From: an uncultured Armatimonadia bacterium
GTDB taxonomy: Bacteria; Armatimonadota; Zipacnadia; CAVVLO01
Reading direction: 5' to 3'
NCBI GenBank assembly: GCA_963749155.1
Contig: CAVVLO010000001.1
Span: 96,001 to 160,000 of the forward strand
DNA length: 64,000 nt
The notes beneath the pieces were generated by a model. That model ran no database searches. It was not told the DNA's origin and saw only the letters and a list, made by a program, of their open reading frames with translations. Shown piece after piece: positions 50,686 through 60,473 of this stretch. Each line of letters begins with the position of its first letter. Position 1 is the stretch's first letter. Position numbers and translations under genes: made by a program.

Positions 50686-52669
50686 ATGGAGTGGAGCTTC
50701 GGGCGAGAACAACTCGGGCGGCTTGAGTGCGGCGCCAGCCGCGAATGGCTGCTGACCAATGGCCTGGGCGGCTGGGCGAGTGGTACCTTCAGCGGGCTGA
50801 ATACTCGGCGGTACCACGGGTTGCTCGTGGCTGCAGCCAGTCCCCCAAGCGGGCGCTGGTTGCTGGTCAACAAGCTCGAAGAAGAATTGCTGCTGCGCGG
50901 CAAGACTTTCCAACTCGGAGTCAACACCTATCGTGGCGCGCTGGAACCCTCAGGTCATCTGCTGCTTCACGAAGCCAGTTTCGACGGTACGATGCGGTTT
51001 GTCTACGCCTGCGAGGATGTGCTGCTCGAGAAGCAAATTGTAATGGTGCAGGGCGCCAACCTGACGCTGGTGCGCTACCGGCAGCTTTCAGGCCCACCCC
51101 TCCAGTTGAAGGCGCGCCTCTGGGCTAACAGCCGAGATCTCCACGGCGATACTCACGCGAGCCCGCACTTTTCCACCAAAGTCGAAGAGCGCGAGGGAGG
51201 CTGGCTGGCCCATCAGGCTTTTCCGGAGGCGCCAACTTTGCTGGCAAAGGCGACGGCTGGCGAGTTCGGCGGAGAAGCTTACTGGATTTATAACGTCCAC
51301 TATCAGGAAGAAGCCGCTCGCGGCCTGCAGGCGGAAGAGGATGTCTTCTCGCCGGGCTGTTTCGAGTGGTCAAGTGCGGCCGGGACTTCGGTAATCGTGG
51401 CGCTGGCGGCGGATGAAGCGCCTGAAGGCGACCTGGACGCTCTGTTCGAGCAGGCTGTGGTGGACGCCCGACGCCCCTGGCGACAGCAGAAAGACAGGTT
51501 TCGAGACTCCACTTGCCCAGGCTCTGCTCGGGGCCAGCGAGTCCTTTAGCGTGAGGGACGAGGACAAAGGCCGCTATCTGCTGGCCGGCTATCACTGGTT
51601 TGGGCCTTGGGGCAGAGACACTTTTATTGCGCTGCCTGGCCTTACGCTCGTGACAGGGCGCTTCGAAGAGGCCAAAGCGCTGCTTTCGACCCTGGCTCGC
51701 CACGTTACAGAAGGCCTCGTGCCCAATCTGGTGGACGAGGGGGGCGGGGCGGCTTACAACACGGTAGACGCCTCACTGTGGTATATCTGGGCGGGTCAGA
51801 AGTATCTCGATTACACGGGCGATGTGGAGTTCGCCAGAACAGAACTCTGGCCTGTCCTTCAGGACATCCTGCACAGTTACGAGACAGGCACGCGTTACGG
51901 CATCCACGCCGATTCCGACGGGCTGATAACCGCAGGGGATGAGGGTACCCAGCTTACCTGGATGGACGCCAAGTACGGCGACTGGGTAGTGACTCCGCGC
52001 GCGGGCAAGGCGGTCGAGATAAATGCGCTTTGGTATAACGCCCTGCGCTTTGGAGAGAAGCTGGCCGCCCTGGCTGGCGAGTCGGGCGACCACTATGGCA
52101 GGCTGGCTTCGCGCGTCTTCGAGAGCTTCAATCAGAGCTTCTGGTACCCCGAAGGCGGGTATCTCCTGGACGTAATCGGCCCCGCTGGAGTTGATGCTTC
52201 CTTCCGGCCTAACCAGATCATCGCCGCGAGCCTGCCTTTCTCCGTCCTGGACAAGGCCAGAAGCCGACTGATGGTGGAGAAGGCCTGGCAGCGACTTTGG
52301 ACAGGCCACGGATTGCGCTCCTTGGCTCCCGATGATCCGCATTATATCGGTCATTATGGGGGAGATACGGCCTCCAGAGATGGCGCTTACCACCGGGGGA
52401 CGGCCTGGGGATGGCTGGCGGGGCCGTTCTTCACCGCCTTCAGGCGCGCTTTTGGCGAGGAGCCCTGGGCGCGTGAGACACTTGCAGAGCTGTTTGCCGG
52501 TTTTGAGGGGCACCTTTGGGAAGCCGGGGTCGGGTTCGTGTCTGAGATCTTCGATGGAGACGCGCCGCACCTCTCGCGTGGCTGCATCGCCCAGGCTTGG
52601 AGCGTTGCTGAGTTGCTGCGCGCCTGGTCAGAAGACTATCTGGGCAACCGGCCCGACTTCTGGGCCTAG
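50686..52669 (+). CDS. Amylo-alpha-1,6-glucosidase / glycogen debranching enzyme (frameshift at about 51480)
   Basis: REWLLTNGLGG, RRYHGLL, AGYHWF..WGRD, TWMDA, EINALWYN, RPNQ, SEIFDG and AQAWSVAE. Confidence 0.92.
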
Positions 52670-54234
52670 CCAGCGTTTCCGTCCAGTGGCAGGCGGTTCA
52701 GCCGGTCCAGGCAGAGCTGCTTGCAGTCACCGCAGAAACGCACTCCGCGCCTGCATTCGTCAGCGATTTGGGCATGCTCCTCTGCGCTGTCAGCCAGGAA
52801 GAAGGCCAGCAGGCTGGAGATGCTGCATAGCCGCGTGTCGGGATTTCCGCCCAACGTGGCGTGTTCTTCCTTCGTGCGACCTCCCCCTGTCAGCGCGCGT
52901 TTCAGCTTGGTCGCGACTGCCTGGGAAGATTCATCCAGATAAATTGAAGTCGTTTCGCTCTCGGGATTCATAACATCCACATAGCTGCCGGTCGCCTGGT
53001 CAATATAAGGATGCAGGCCTGCAACTGCGCGTATGTAAAGAGCAACAGGCCTGGGCCAACCGACATCAGCGGCGTGGCGGCGGGCCATCCGGACATAGAT
53101 GTCCTGATCCAGAGTCCCTATGAAAGCGGTCCGGACGCCGTCTGTCGAGGCGGGCAGCAGCAACTCCGCAGTGCGCAGCAGCGGCCGGTAGACCTCGGCG
53201 ACCTGGCTCTGTAACCTGAGTCCAAAAGCGGCGTTGAGGTTGGCGAGCGACAAGTGCGCCCCGGCTTCAAGGGCAAGCGCGGCAAGCTGAGGATCATCGC
53301 GCTGGGAGATGATTTCAGCGGTTTCCAGATTTACCCCAAGCCTTGGTAAACGCGCCACAAACTCACTTTGGGCATGGGCGCGGGCTGCTTCGAGAGATAC
53401 CTCGCCCGAGGCGGAAGCCTCCAGATCGCGCACGAAGAGGGTCAATTTTGCGCCAAGCGACTGCAGCCAGCCAAGGAGCGATGCCACCGCGGCATGTTGA
53501 AGCGTCATCCGGCCCTGCCCCGGCACTCCTGAGACTACCGTTACTGGTTTGCCCTCGCGCAAGGCATCGGCGACCAGAGCGAAGTCGCGCATCCCGACGA
53601 TAAGGCCGCGGGTTATGTATTCGTGTGGGGCCTCGAAGAGCTGCAGCAAACGCTCATAGTTGTGGGAGAACTCGGGCAGCGAGGGCGTTATGTGGAACTC
53701 GCGCGAAAGGTTCTCCTCCCGCGCCAGCGAGGCGTAATCGGCCCGGCTGGAGATAGGGTCAATGTTGAATTCACCTGTAGCGGGGGTCGCTCTGTCAGTC
53801 TGCATCAACTGCTTGCTCTGGGCCAGTTCGGCGGCGAACCGGGTGGCGAGATTTTCTTGCGCCTCGCGCGCCTTGGCAAGCATAAACAGCACCATATCCT
53901 CGGCTACATCGGGGCTAAGACCGACCTCGGAAGCCTGCTTGCGCGCGGTCTCGCGCAGGCCTTCCTCAACGAAAGGCCGATGGATACGCTCCGAGTGCAG
54001 CAGTTTTGCCAGAGCAACGCGCTCGGCGCTGCTTATGCGGGCCGAAAACTCCTCCAGTGCGGCCTTGGTGTGTTTCCGGATGGTCGCGCGCTCCCTGGTC
54101 AGGAACTGGCGGTAATCTTCCGCATCCGGTTTGTACCGGGTGATTACCTGCGCCGGGTCGGTCCCCGCAAGCAGCTCGGTTACCGCTTCGGTCAGATTCA
54201 GAGGGGCGCCAGTCGCTTCGTTGCTCGTACTCAT
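52666..54234 (-). CDS. Fusion of AroQ chorismate-mutase domain and degenerate archaeal-type tryptophanyl-tRNA-synthetase-like domain
   Basis: Residues 45-127 align without gaps to AroQ (R49, R66, K77, E90, Q126). Residues 155-522 follow archaeal TrpRS (IDP..DY..L..E, RGLIVGMRDF, DLEA, DQD, KRALTGG..T.EEH..LGG.P, CGDCK) with HIGH->TLQH and KMSSS->VMNPE. Confidence 0.8.
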   Translation of the reverse strand: MSTSNEATGAPLNLTEAVTELLAGTDPAQVITRYKPDAEDYRQFLTRERATIRKHTKAALEEFSARISSAERVALAKLLHSERIHRPFVEEGLRETARKQASEVGLSPDVAEDMVLFMLAKAREAQENLATRFAAELAQSKQLMQTDRATPATGEFNIDPISSRADYASLAREENLSREFHITPSLPEFSHNYERLLQLFEAPHEYITRGLIVGMRDFALVADALREGKPVTVVSGVPGQGRMTLQHAAVASLLGWLQSLGAKLTLFVRDLEASASGEVSLEAARAHAQSEFVARLPRLGVNLETAEIISQRDDPQLAALALEAGAHLSLANLNAAFGLRLQSQVAEVYRPLLRTAELLLPASTDGVRTAFIGTLDQDIYVRMARRHAADVGWPRPVALYIRAVAGLHPYIDQATGSYVDVMNPESETTSIYLDESSQAVATKLKRALTGGGRTKEEHATLGGNPDTRLCSISSLLAFFLADSAEEHAQIADECRRGVRFCGDCKQLCLDRLNRLPLDGNAG

Positions 54235-55473
54235 ACCACCTTTATACGCGCAAAATTGCCTTTTCCGACCTTCAGCACGGCGCCGTCTGTGACTTCGAGC
54301 AGCGCGCTGGCATCGAGAAGCTTCTCGCCATCCAGTGAGACAGCCCCCTGCTTCACCAAACGCTTGATGTCACCGCGCGAGGCGATGCCTGGGAAGCCGG
54401 CCTTCTCGACCAAATCCAGTGGCGAGAGCTTGCCGGCAGCAATCTTCAGCTCCACCAGGTCGTCCGGCGCTTCGGCCTGTTTGCCGGCACTTGGATGCAG
54501 CAACTCGAAGTTCTCCGCCGCCTTCTCGGCCGCCGCCTCGTCCCAGAAACGCTTGACCAGCTCGGTCGCCGAGCCGGCGTTTCATCAGGCGCGGATGGAA
54601 AGTATGGTCGCTCACCGGGTTGGCCGCATACTCGGACAGGCCGGCTTCCAGCTCGTCGAGTTGCTCCAGGGTCACGCCCGTCAGCAACTTGAAGTAGAGC
54701 AGCATTACTTCATCCGGCAGGCTCATAGCCTTGCCGTACATCCGGTCGGGCTCTTCTGTAATGCCGATATAATTGCCAAGCGATTTGGACATCTTCTGCG
54801 TGCCGTCGGTGCCTGGCAGGATGGGCAATGTAAGCACGCATTGCTGAGGCTGGCCATACGCCTGCTGGATGGTGCGGCCCATCAGCATATTGAAAGTCTG
54901 GTCGGTGCCTCCAAGCTCGACATCGGCCTTCAGCGCCACCGAGTCATAGCCCTGCAGCAGGCAATACATAAACTCGTGCAGGCGGATTGGCTCTTCGGCC
55001 TTCCAGCGCTTCTCGAAGGAGTCGCGTTCGAGCATCCGGGCCACGGTCACCTGAGCGGCCAGGCGCATCATATCGGCCAGGTTCATCCCCGCCAGCCAGT
55101 CACCGTTATAGACAACCTTTGTCTTTTCTTTGTCCAGAAGCCGGAAGACCTGCTCTTCATAGGTGCGCGCATAGGCCAGCACATCCTCTGGAGACAGCTG
55201 CGGCCTGGTGTTGTCGCGCCCCGAAGGGTCGCCTATCTGCGCGGTAAAGGTGCCGACCAGAAAGTAAATTTCGTGCCCAATATCTTGAAGTTGTCGCAGC
55301 TTCTCTATCGGCACGGTGTGACCGAAATGGAGGTCTGAGGTGGTCGGATCTACCCCCAGCTTTATGCGCAGGGGCCTGCCTTCTTTGAGCTTGAGAGCCA
55401 GGGCTTCTTCCGAAGGCAGCAAATCGGCCGCGCCTCTGAGGAAGACCTTCATTTGCTTGTCGATGTCCATCAT
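54231..55473 (-). CDS. tyrS: Tyrosyl-tRNA synthetase (+1 frameshift at about 54569)
   Basis: KLGVDPT, HFGH, GDPSGR, LQGYD, GGTDQ and KMSKSLGN; corrected frame RRLATELVKRFW continues into the S4 domain ending LKVGKGNFARIKVV. Confidence 0.96.
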
Positions 55474-55549
55474 CTGCTGCTAGCTTCCTTTTTTAATAGG
55501 ACGTAGCTTCAGCAAAGTCCTATCATCAGTGCCAGTTGGCGGCGAAGGT

Positions 55550-55579
55550 ATTCTACCAGAGGCAGTCTTTGCCTCATAA
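55550..55579 (-). promoter_or_regulatory. Putative extended -10 promoter of tyrS
   Basis: TTATGA-N18-TAGAAT with TG extension on the minus strand; leader of about 70 nt. Confidence 0.45.
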
Positions 55580-55610
55580 GAAAACGGGAGCGGCGTTTGC
55601 CGCTCCCGTC
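55578..55610 (-). terminator. Intrinsic terminator after lemA
   Basis: ACGGGAGCGGC-AAAC-GCCGCTCCCGT followed by TTTCTT. Confidence 0.75.
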
Positions 55611-55632
55611 TCATCTCTTGCCTGGCAGGAGT

Positions 55633-56192
55633 TTAGAACTGCACGCGGACGGGTTCGCGCGCCTCCGGTTCTTCTATCCGATAATAAGGCAAAGGTCGGG
55701 CGCTCATAAAGCTGGCTATCACACTGTTGGGGAAGACCTGTATCAGCGTGTTGAAGGTCATCACAGCCTCGTTGTAGACCTCGCGCGAGGTAGCGATTTC
55801 CTGCTCTATCTGCTGGAGTTGCTGCTGCAAATCCATAAAGTTCTGGTCTGCTTTGAGGTTGGGATACGCCTCGGCAACCGCAAAAAGGCTTCTCAAAGCG
55901 CCGGTCAGAATATTATCAGCCTGGGCGCGTTCTTCCACAGTGCCGGCATTGTCCATTGCGGCGCGCGCCTGAGTGACCCCCTCGAGGGTCTCTCGCTCAT
56001 GCGCGGCGTAGCCTTTCACCGTCTCGACCAGATTGGGGATGAGGTCATAACGCACGGCGAAGCTGCACATCGATCTGTGCCCAGGACTGTTCTGCCCGAT
56101 TGCGCTGGGCCACTAATCCGGTTGTAGATCCCTATCAGCGTGACGATTATCAGTGCGACGAGAACGAGTAATCCAATGGCTAGAGCAAACAT
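55633..56192 (-). CDS. lemA: LemA family protein (two frameshifts at about 56055 and 56118)
   Basis: TM plus [31 protein letters not shown] and FPNSVIA. Confidence 0.93.
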
Positions 56193-56255
56193 CAGCCTCA
56201 CTCTCCTCAGGTCGGTCTGGATAAATCCTATCACGCTGCCAGATTGGGGTCAAAA

Positions 56256-56444
56256 TTATCGGGGCACTTTCTCTAACCCGGCTACCTCGCCAAGGGCTTC
56301 TTCGACCTCGTCGCAGCCAGTTGTGAATTCAATCTGCCTGGCAAGGGCCTCTTCAGTGGCTTCCGGATCAGCCTGGCGTAGCCTGGCAGACAGTCTGCCG
56401 AGCAACCTGGCGAGGGGCCTGGGTGAATCCTGGGCGGTTTCCAT
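56256..56444 (-). CDS. Small hypothetical protein (62 aa)
   Basis: RBS GGAGG before ATG 56444; fills the gap upstream of lemA. Confidence 0.45.
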   Translation of the reverse strand: METAQDSPRPLARLLGRLSARLRQADPEATEEALARQIEFTTGCDEVEEALGEVAGLEKVPR

Positions 56445-56496
56445 CTCGGACCTCCATATCGTGCGTGAAGGTCCGATATGCAATTGGCGTGCCAGT

Positions 56497-57768
56497 TTAC
56501 GGGCTGCCTGTAACCTGGAACAAATCGGCGACCTGGAGCGTGACTTCGGGTCTGGAGACCTGCTTTATCGGCCAATAACCGCCTGCCTAGCGTGATTGGG
56601 ATAAGGCTTGTCTCGGTTAGGAGAAACGTCTCACGCAAGCTTGCGCCTCCAAGTTGAGTTTCCAGCACTAGTGCTCTCGTGGGGGCTAGCGTCACCTGAT
56701 TATCAGGCGCCACCAGCTCGAGCAGGGGCGTCTCGCCGGCGCCAGTTATGCCACCGGCCGAGATAAAAGCGAGCGCCTCCTGATACCCAAGCGCCTCATA
56801 TTCGTGAGAAAGCGCGTCAAACAACGCGCCCAGAGTAGAACCAGCGGTCGCGGCGCCCGAAGCGCTGGCCAGCAGGTTGCCACACCCCTCGTAACTTGCT
56901 ACCAGATCGCCCTGAGGAGGCTTTACAGTGAGAGTGCGCGCAAGTTGCAGCCGCAAGCCCCAGCGCTCGGCTTCCAGTTCGATCCGGGCTTGCTCCAGGA
57001 TTGGTCCAGCCGGAGGGGTAGCTGTCGCTTCATATACTTGTTGATCGGCGTAGACGTTCAACTGGAGCGACTTCACGCCCAGGGTAGTTAATCCAGCATA
57101 GACTGTCCCGGCCAGGTCCGAAGCAGAATCGAGCGGCTCATACTGCCGCGCAGCCGAGGTTACTGCCCAGTTGCACGCTTTACCCAGCCACTCGTAGCGG
57201 GCAACTTCCAGTTCGGTAAGGTCGATTCTGATCGCGGTCAGTTTTTCTACTAGAACGGTCTTGCCCTCGCCAGGGCAATCCGTCACCACGCGTTGCCCTT
57301 CGTCAGCCTGGCAATCGTCGCTGCCAGGTCATCCTGGGCGGGCGAAGCGCGCCAGTCGTATAGTTCAACTTTATAGCGCAGTTGCTGCAACCGAGCGGCC
57401 AGCGCCTGCGGGAAGAGGGTGGGCGCCACGACATAACTGCGACTCAGCCCAACCAGGACAACGACGCCAGGCAGTGGGTCGCGAGCTGGATCCCAAAGCC
57501 CTGCCAGGGCCCAGGAGACCAGCGAGGGAGAGGCAAGTTGAAGCCAGTCGCCCTTCTCTTCGGCAAGCAACTTGCGCAGCCTGGCAGTTTTTACTTTTAT
57601 GTCGGCTATTAGCTGTTCGGACGATTCGAGTTCTGTCCCAAGATCAAGCCCGAATTCCGCCGCAGAAGGCAAACCAGAGGAGGCAGGCGGCTGCGGCTCC
57701 TCACCAGGGCGGCATCCGCTACAGACGAGGCCAATCGAGAGCGCTCCGATTATCAACCAGCGTCTCAA
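56497..57768 (-). CDS. Lipoprotein with degenerate M24 (creatinase/Xaa-Pro peptidase) fold (frameshifts at about 57295 and 56590)
   Basis: Signal peptide with lipobox-like VCSGC; KTARLRKLL...W..AG creatinase-N-like segment; LTELEVARY..LG; corrected junction KGKRVVTDC; corrected end GYWPIKQV...GSP*. Confidence 0.6.
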
Positions 57769-59306
57769 TGCCACTTGCTCACCAGCTTGGAAAGGTCGGC
57801 GAAGCTGCCCTTGAGCTGGGCGTAGAGCTGCCGATAAAGAGGATAAAGTTCGGCATAAACTTGCTGCCACTCTGGGAGCGGGGCCTCACTGCTGGCATCC
57901 TTTATCACTGTGCCGCAGGCCTCTTCCACTGTGGACCAGACGCCCGTGCCGACGCCCGCAAGCAAGGCCACTCCGAGTGAGCCCCCCTCATCCACGTTGA
58001 TAAGCCTGTGGGCCTGGCCTGTGATGCTGGCCTGGATTTGCCGCCAGAGCTTGCTCCTGGCTCCGCCGCCCGAGGCGCGCACCGCCGAGACTTCAACGCC
58101 CATTCCTGAAAGAATCTCGAAGGAATCCTTCAATCCGAACGCGACCCCTTCCATCACCGAGCGGATGATATGCTCCTTGCCGTGGCGAAGGGTCAGGCCA
58201 CAGAACACGCCCTCGGCGTCCGGATCGGGGTAGGGAGTGCGTTCGCCAGTCAGATAGGGAAGGAAAAGCAGGCCTTCAGAGCCGGCTGGAGCCTTGGCGG
58301 CTTGTTCCCCCATATACTCATAAGGATCGCGGCCTGTGCGGGCTGCAAGTGACTTCTCCTCGCTGCAAAGCGCATCGCGCAGCCAGCGGTAAGAACCACC
58401 TGCGGACAGCATTACGCCCATCACATGCCACTTGCCAGGCACAGCGTGGCAGAAAGTATGCACCCGCAACTCGGGATCGATGAAAGGCTCCTCCGCGAAG
58501 GCGAAAACGACCCCCGAAGTGCCAAGTGTCGAGGACACGATGCCCGGCTGGACGATGCCATTGCCCACAGCGCCTGCTGCCTGGTCACCGCCCCCGCCGA
58601 CGACCGGAGTACCAGCCTTCAGCCCAAGCGCTGCTGCGCCCTCGGAGTTTACTCTTGCGCTGACTTCAGGCGATTCAAAAACCGGCGGAAGCCAGTCCAT
58701 ATCGAGTTCGAGTTTCGACACGACAGCTTCAGACCACTTGCGCTTCTTCACGTTGAAGAGCGCTGTGCCACTTGCGTCCGAGACCTCGGAGGCGAACTCT
58801 CCTGTTAACCGAAATCGGATATAGTCCTTGGGCAGCAGTATTTTTCGGACGCGCTCGAAGTTTTCAGGTTCGTTGTCGCGTAGCCAGACGATTTTGGGCG
58901 CGGTAAAGCCGGTCAAAACCGGATTGGAAAGCTCTTCGACGATTATATCCAGGCCTACCGTCTGGGTAATGTAATCGCATTGTTTGCCGGTGCGCTGGTC
59001 GCACCACAGCAGGGCTGGGCGGATTACCTGGCCTTGCTCATCCAGGAAGACCGAACCGTGCATCTGGCCGGAAAGCCCAATCCCTTGCACTTCCGAGCCG
59101 GCCACGCCAGCCTTGTTTAGCACCTGCCCAGTCGCCTCGATACAGGCCTTCCACCAGTCTTCGGGGTCTTGTTCGGCCCATTGGGGCCTGGGCGCATAGA
59201 GGGGATATTCACTGCTGGTCGCAGTCGCGACTATCTCGCCGCCTGTGCCCAGCAGCAGTGCTTTCACGCCGCTAGTGCCTATATCCAGTCCAAGCAGATA
59301 TGCCAT
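57765..59306 (-). CDS. xylB: Xylulokinase
   Basis: LGLDIGTSG, SGQMHG, LWCDQR, LLPKDY, SDASGT, GGGDQAA and PYLTGERTP. Confidence 0.95.
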   Translation of the reverse strand: MAYLLGLDIGTSGVKALLLGTGGEIVATATSSEYPLYAPRPQWAEQDPEDWWKACIEATGQVLNKAGVAGSEVQGIGLSGQMHGSVFLDEQGQVIRPALLWCDQRTGKQCDYITQTVGLDIIVEELSNPVLTGFTAPKIVWLRDNEPENFERVRKILLPKDYIRFRLTGEFASEVSDASGTALFNVKKRKWSEAVVSKLELDMDWLPPVFESPEVSARVNSEGAAALGLKAGTPVVGGGGDQAAGAVGNGIVQPGIVSSTLGTSGVVFAFAEEPFIDPELRVHTFCHAVPGKWHVMGVMLSAGGSYRWLRDALCSEEKSLAARTGRDPYEYMGEQAAKAPAGSEGLLFLPYLTGERTPYPDPDAEGVFCGLTLRHGKEHIIRSVMEGVAFGLKDSFEILSGMGVEVSAVRASGGGARSKLWRQIQASITGQAHRLINVDEGGSLGVALLAGVGTGVWSTVEEACGTVIKDASSEAPLPEWQQVYAELYPLYRQLYAQLKGSFADLSKLVSKWH

Positions 59307-59327
59307 ATTGACGCCTCCGCGCGCAGT

Positions 59328-60467
59328 CTAAAGAATCGAACCTAATCTTAGCAGTTGGGCAAGTCTCTCGCCGGCAGCCTGAAGCAGAACCTCGGCATCG
59401 CGCATCGCTAGCTCAAGCGTAGTCGGTCCCTGGACAAGTGGCAAGGCCGCAGCCAGTCCGAGCCGGGCAAGCGCTGTTGTATCGGCTTCGAGGCTGCCCA
59501 CAATCGCCACAACAGGAATCTCCAAAAGTTTCGCTCTGGCCGCCACCCGGGCAATCGCCTTGCCATAAGCGGTTTGCGCGTCCAGCTTGCCTTCCCCCGT
59601 GATGACGAGCCTTGCGCCGGCCAGGCGCTCTTCGAAGTGAACGGTATCCAGCACCAGGTCGGCTCCAGGCTTGAGTTTTGCTCCGCAAAAAGCCACGAGC
59701 CCCGCGCCAAGTCCTCCTGCGGCGCCAGCTCCTGGCTGCTCTGCGAGATGAAGGCCCAAATCGCGCTTTATGACTTCAGCAAAACGCCTGAGACCCGTCT
59801 CGAGCCGGGCGACTTGCTCTGGAGAAGCGCCCTTCTGGGGGGCATAAACATGCGCGGCGCCGTGAGGCCCAAACAGGGGATTGGTAACATCGCAGGCAAC
59901 CAGTACCTCGGTTTCGGCAAGACGCGGGTCTAGCTCTGATAAATCGAGGCTGGCAAGCTCCGAGAGAGCGGCTCCAGAGGGTTCGAGCTCGATTCCGGCT
60001 GCCGAGTAGAGCCTCGCGCCCAGCGCAACTGCCATCCCAGTGCCCGCGTCATTGGTGGCGCTGCCGCCAATCCCGAGCAGCAGCTTTCGACAGCCAAGGT
60101 TCAAGGCGTGGCGGATCAGATCGCCCGTGCCCAGAGTGGAAGTCAGTTCGGGATTGCGTTCTGCCTCGGCCAGCAAGGGTAAACCGCTTGCGGCGGCCAT
60201 CTCGATTACTGCGGTATTGCCCTCTCCGAGCACGCCATAGGTCGCTTGTATCGGCCTGCCAAGTGGGTCGCGCGCTTCAGCTTCCACCAGCCGGCCGCCA
60301 GTTGCGGACACCAGTGCCTCGACCGTGCCCTCTCCGCCATCAGCGATAGGCAGCAAGTCAGGCTCCAGCTCGGGCCAACCCGCGCGCAGCCCTTCGGCTA
60401 GCGCGGCTGCGGCTCGCGGCGCGCTGCAACTACCTTTGAAAGAATCCGGAGCGATGACTACGCGCAT
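59328..60467 (-). CDS. glxK: Glycerate kinase (GlxK/GarK family)
   Basis: IAPDSFKGS, ADGGEGT, GIGGSATND, PQKGA, GAAGG and ITGEG. Confidence 0.93.
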   Translation of the reverse strand: MRVVIAPDSFKGSCSAPRAAAALAEGLRAGWPELEPDLLPIADGGEGTVEALVSATGGRLVEAEARDPLGRPIQATYGVLGEGNTAVIEMAAASGLPLLAEAERNPELTSTLGTGDLIRHALNLGCRKLLLGIGGSATNDAGTGMAVALGARLYSAAGIELEPSGAALSELASLDLSELDPRLAETEVLVACDVTNPLFGPHGAAHVYAPQKGASPEQVARLETGLRRFAEVIKRDLGLHLAEQPGAGAAGGLGAGLVAFCGAKLKPGADLVLDTVHFEERLAGARLVITGEGKLDAQTAYGKAIARVAARAKLLEIPVVAIVGSLEADTTALARLGLAAALPLVQGPTTLELAMRDAEVLLQAAGERLAQLLRLGSIL

Positions 60468-60473
60468 CTTTAC

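Noticed and set aside
54560..54575. Programmed frameshift or pseudogenisation of tyrS
   Set aside because: No slippery heptamer; it is one of many scattered indels, so assembly error is more parsimonious
53623..55338. 571-aa plus-strand ORF
   Set aside because: Antisense to tyrS and the fusion gene, with no motifs
55474..55632. T-box riboswitch upstream of tyrS
   Set aside because: Region too short, no T-box antiterminator consensus, and the hairpin present is the lemA terminator
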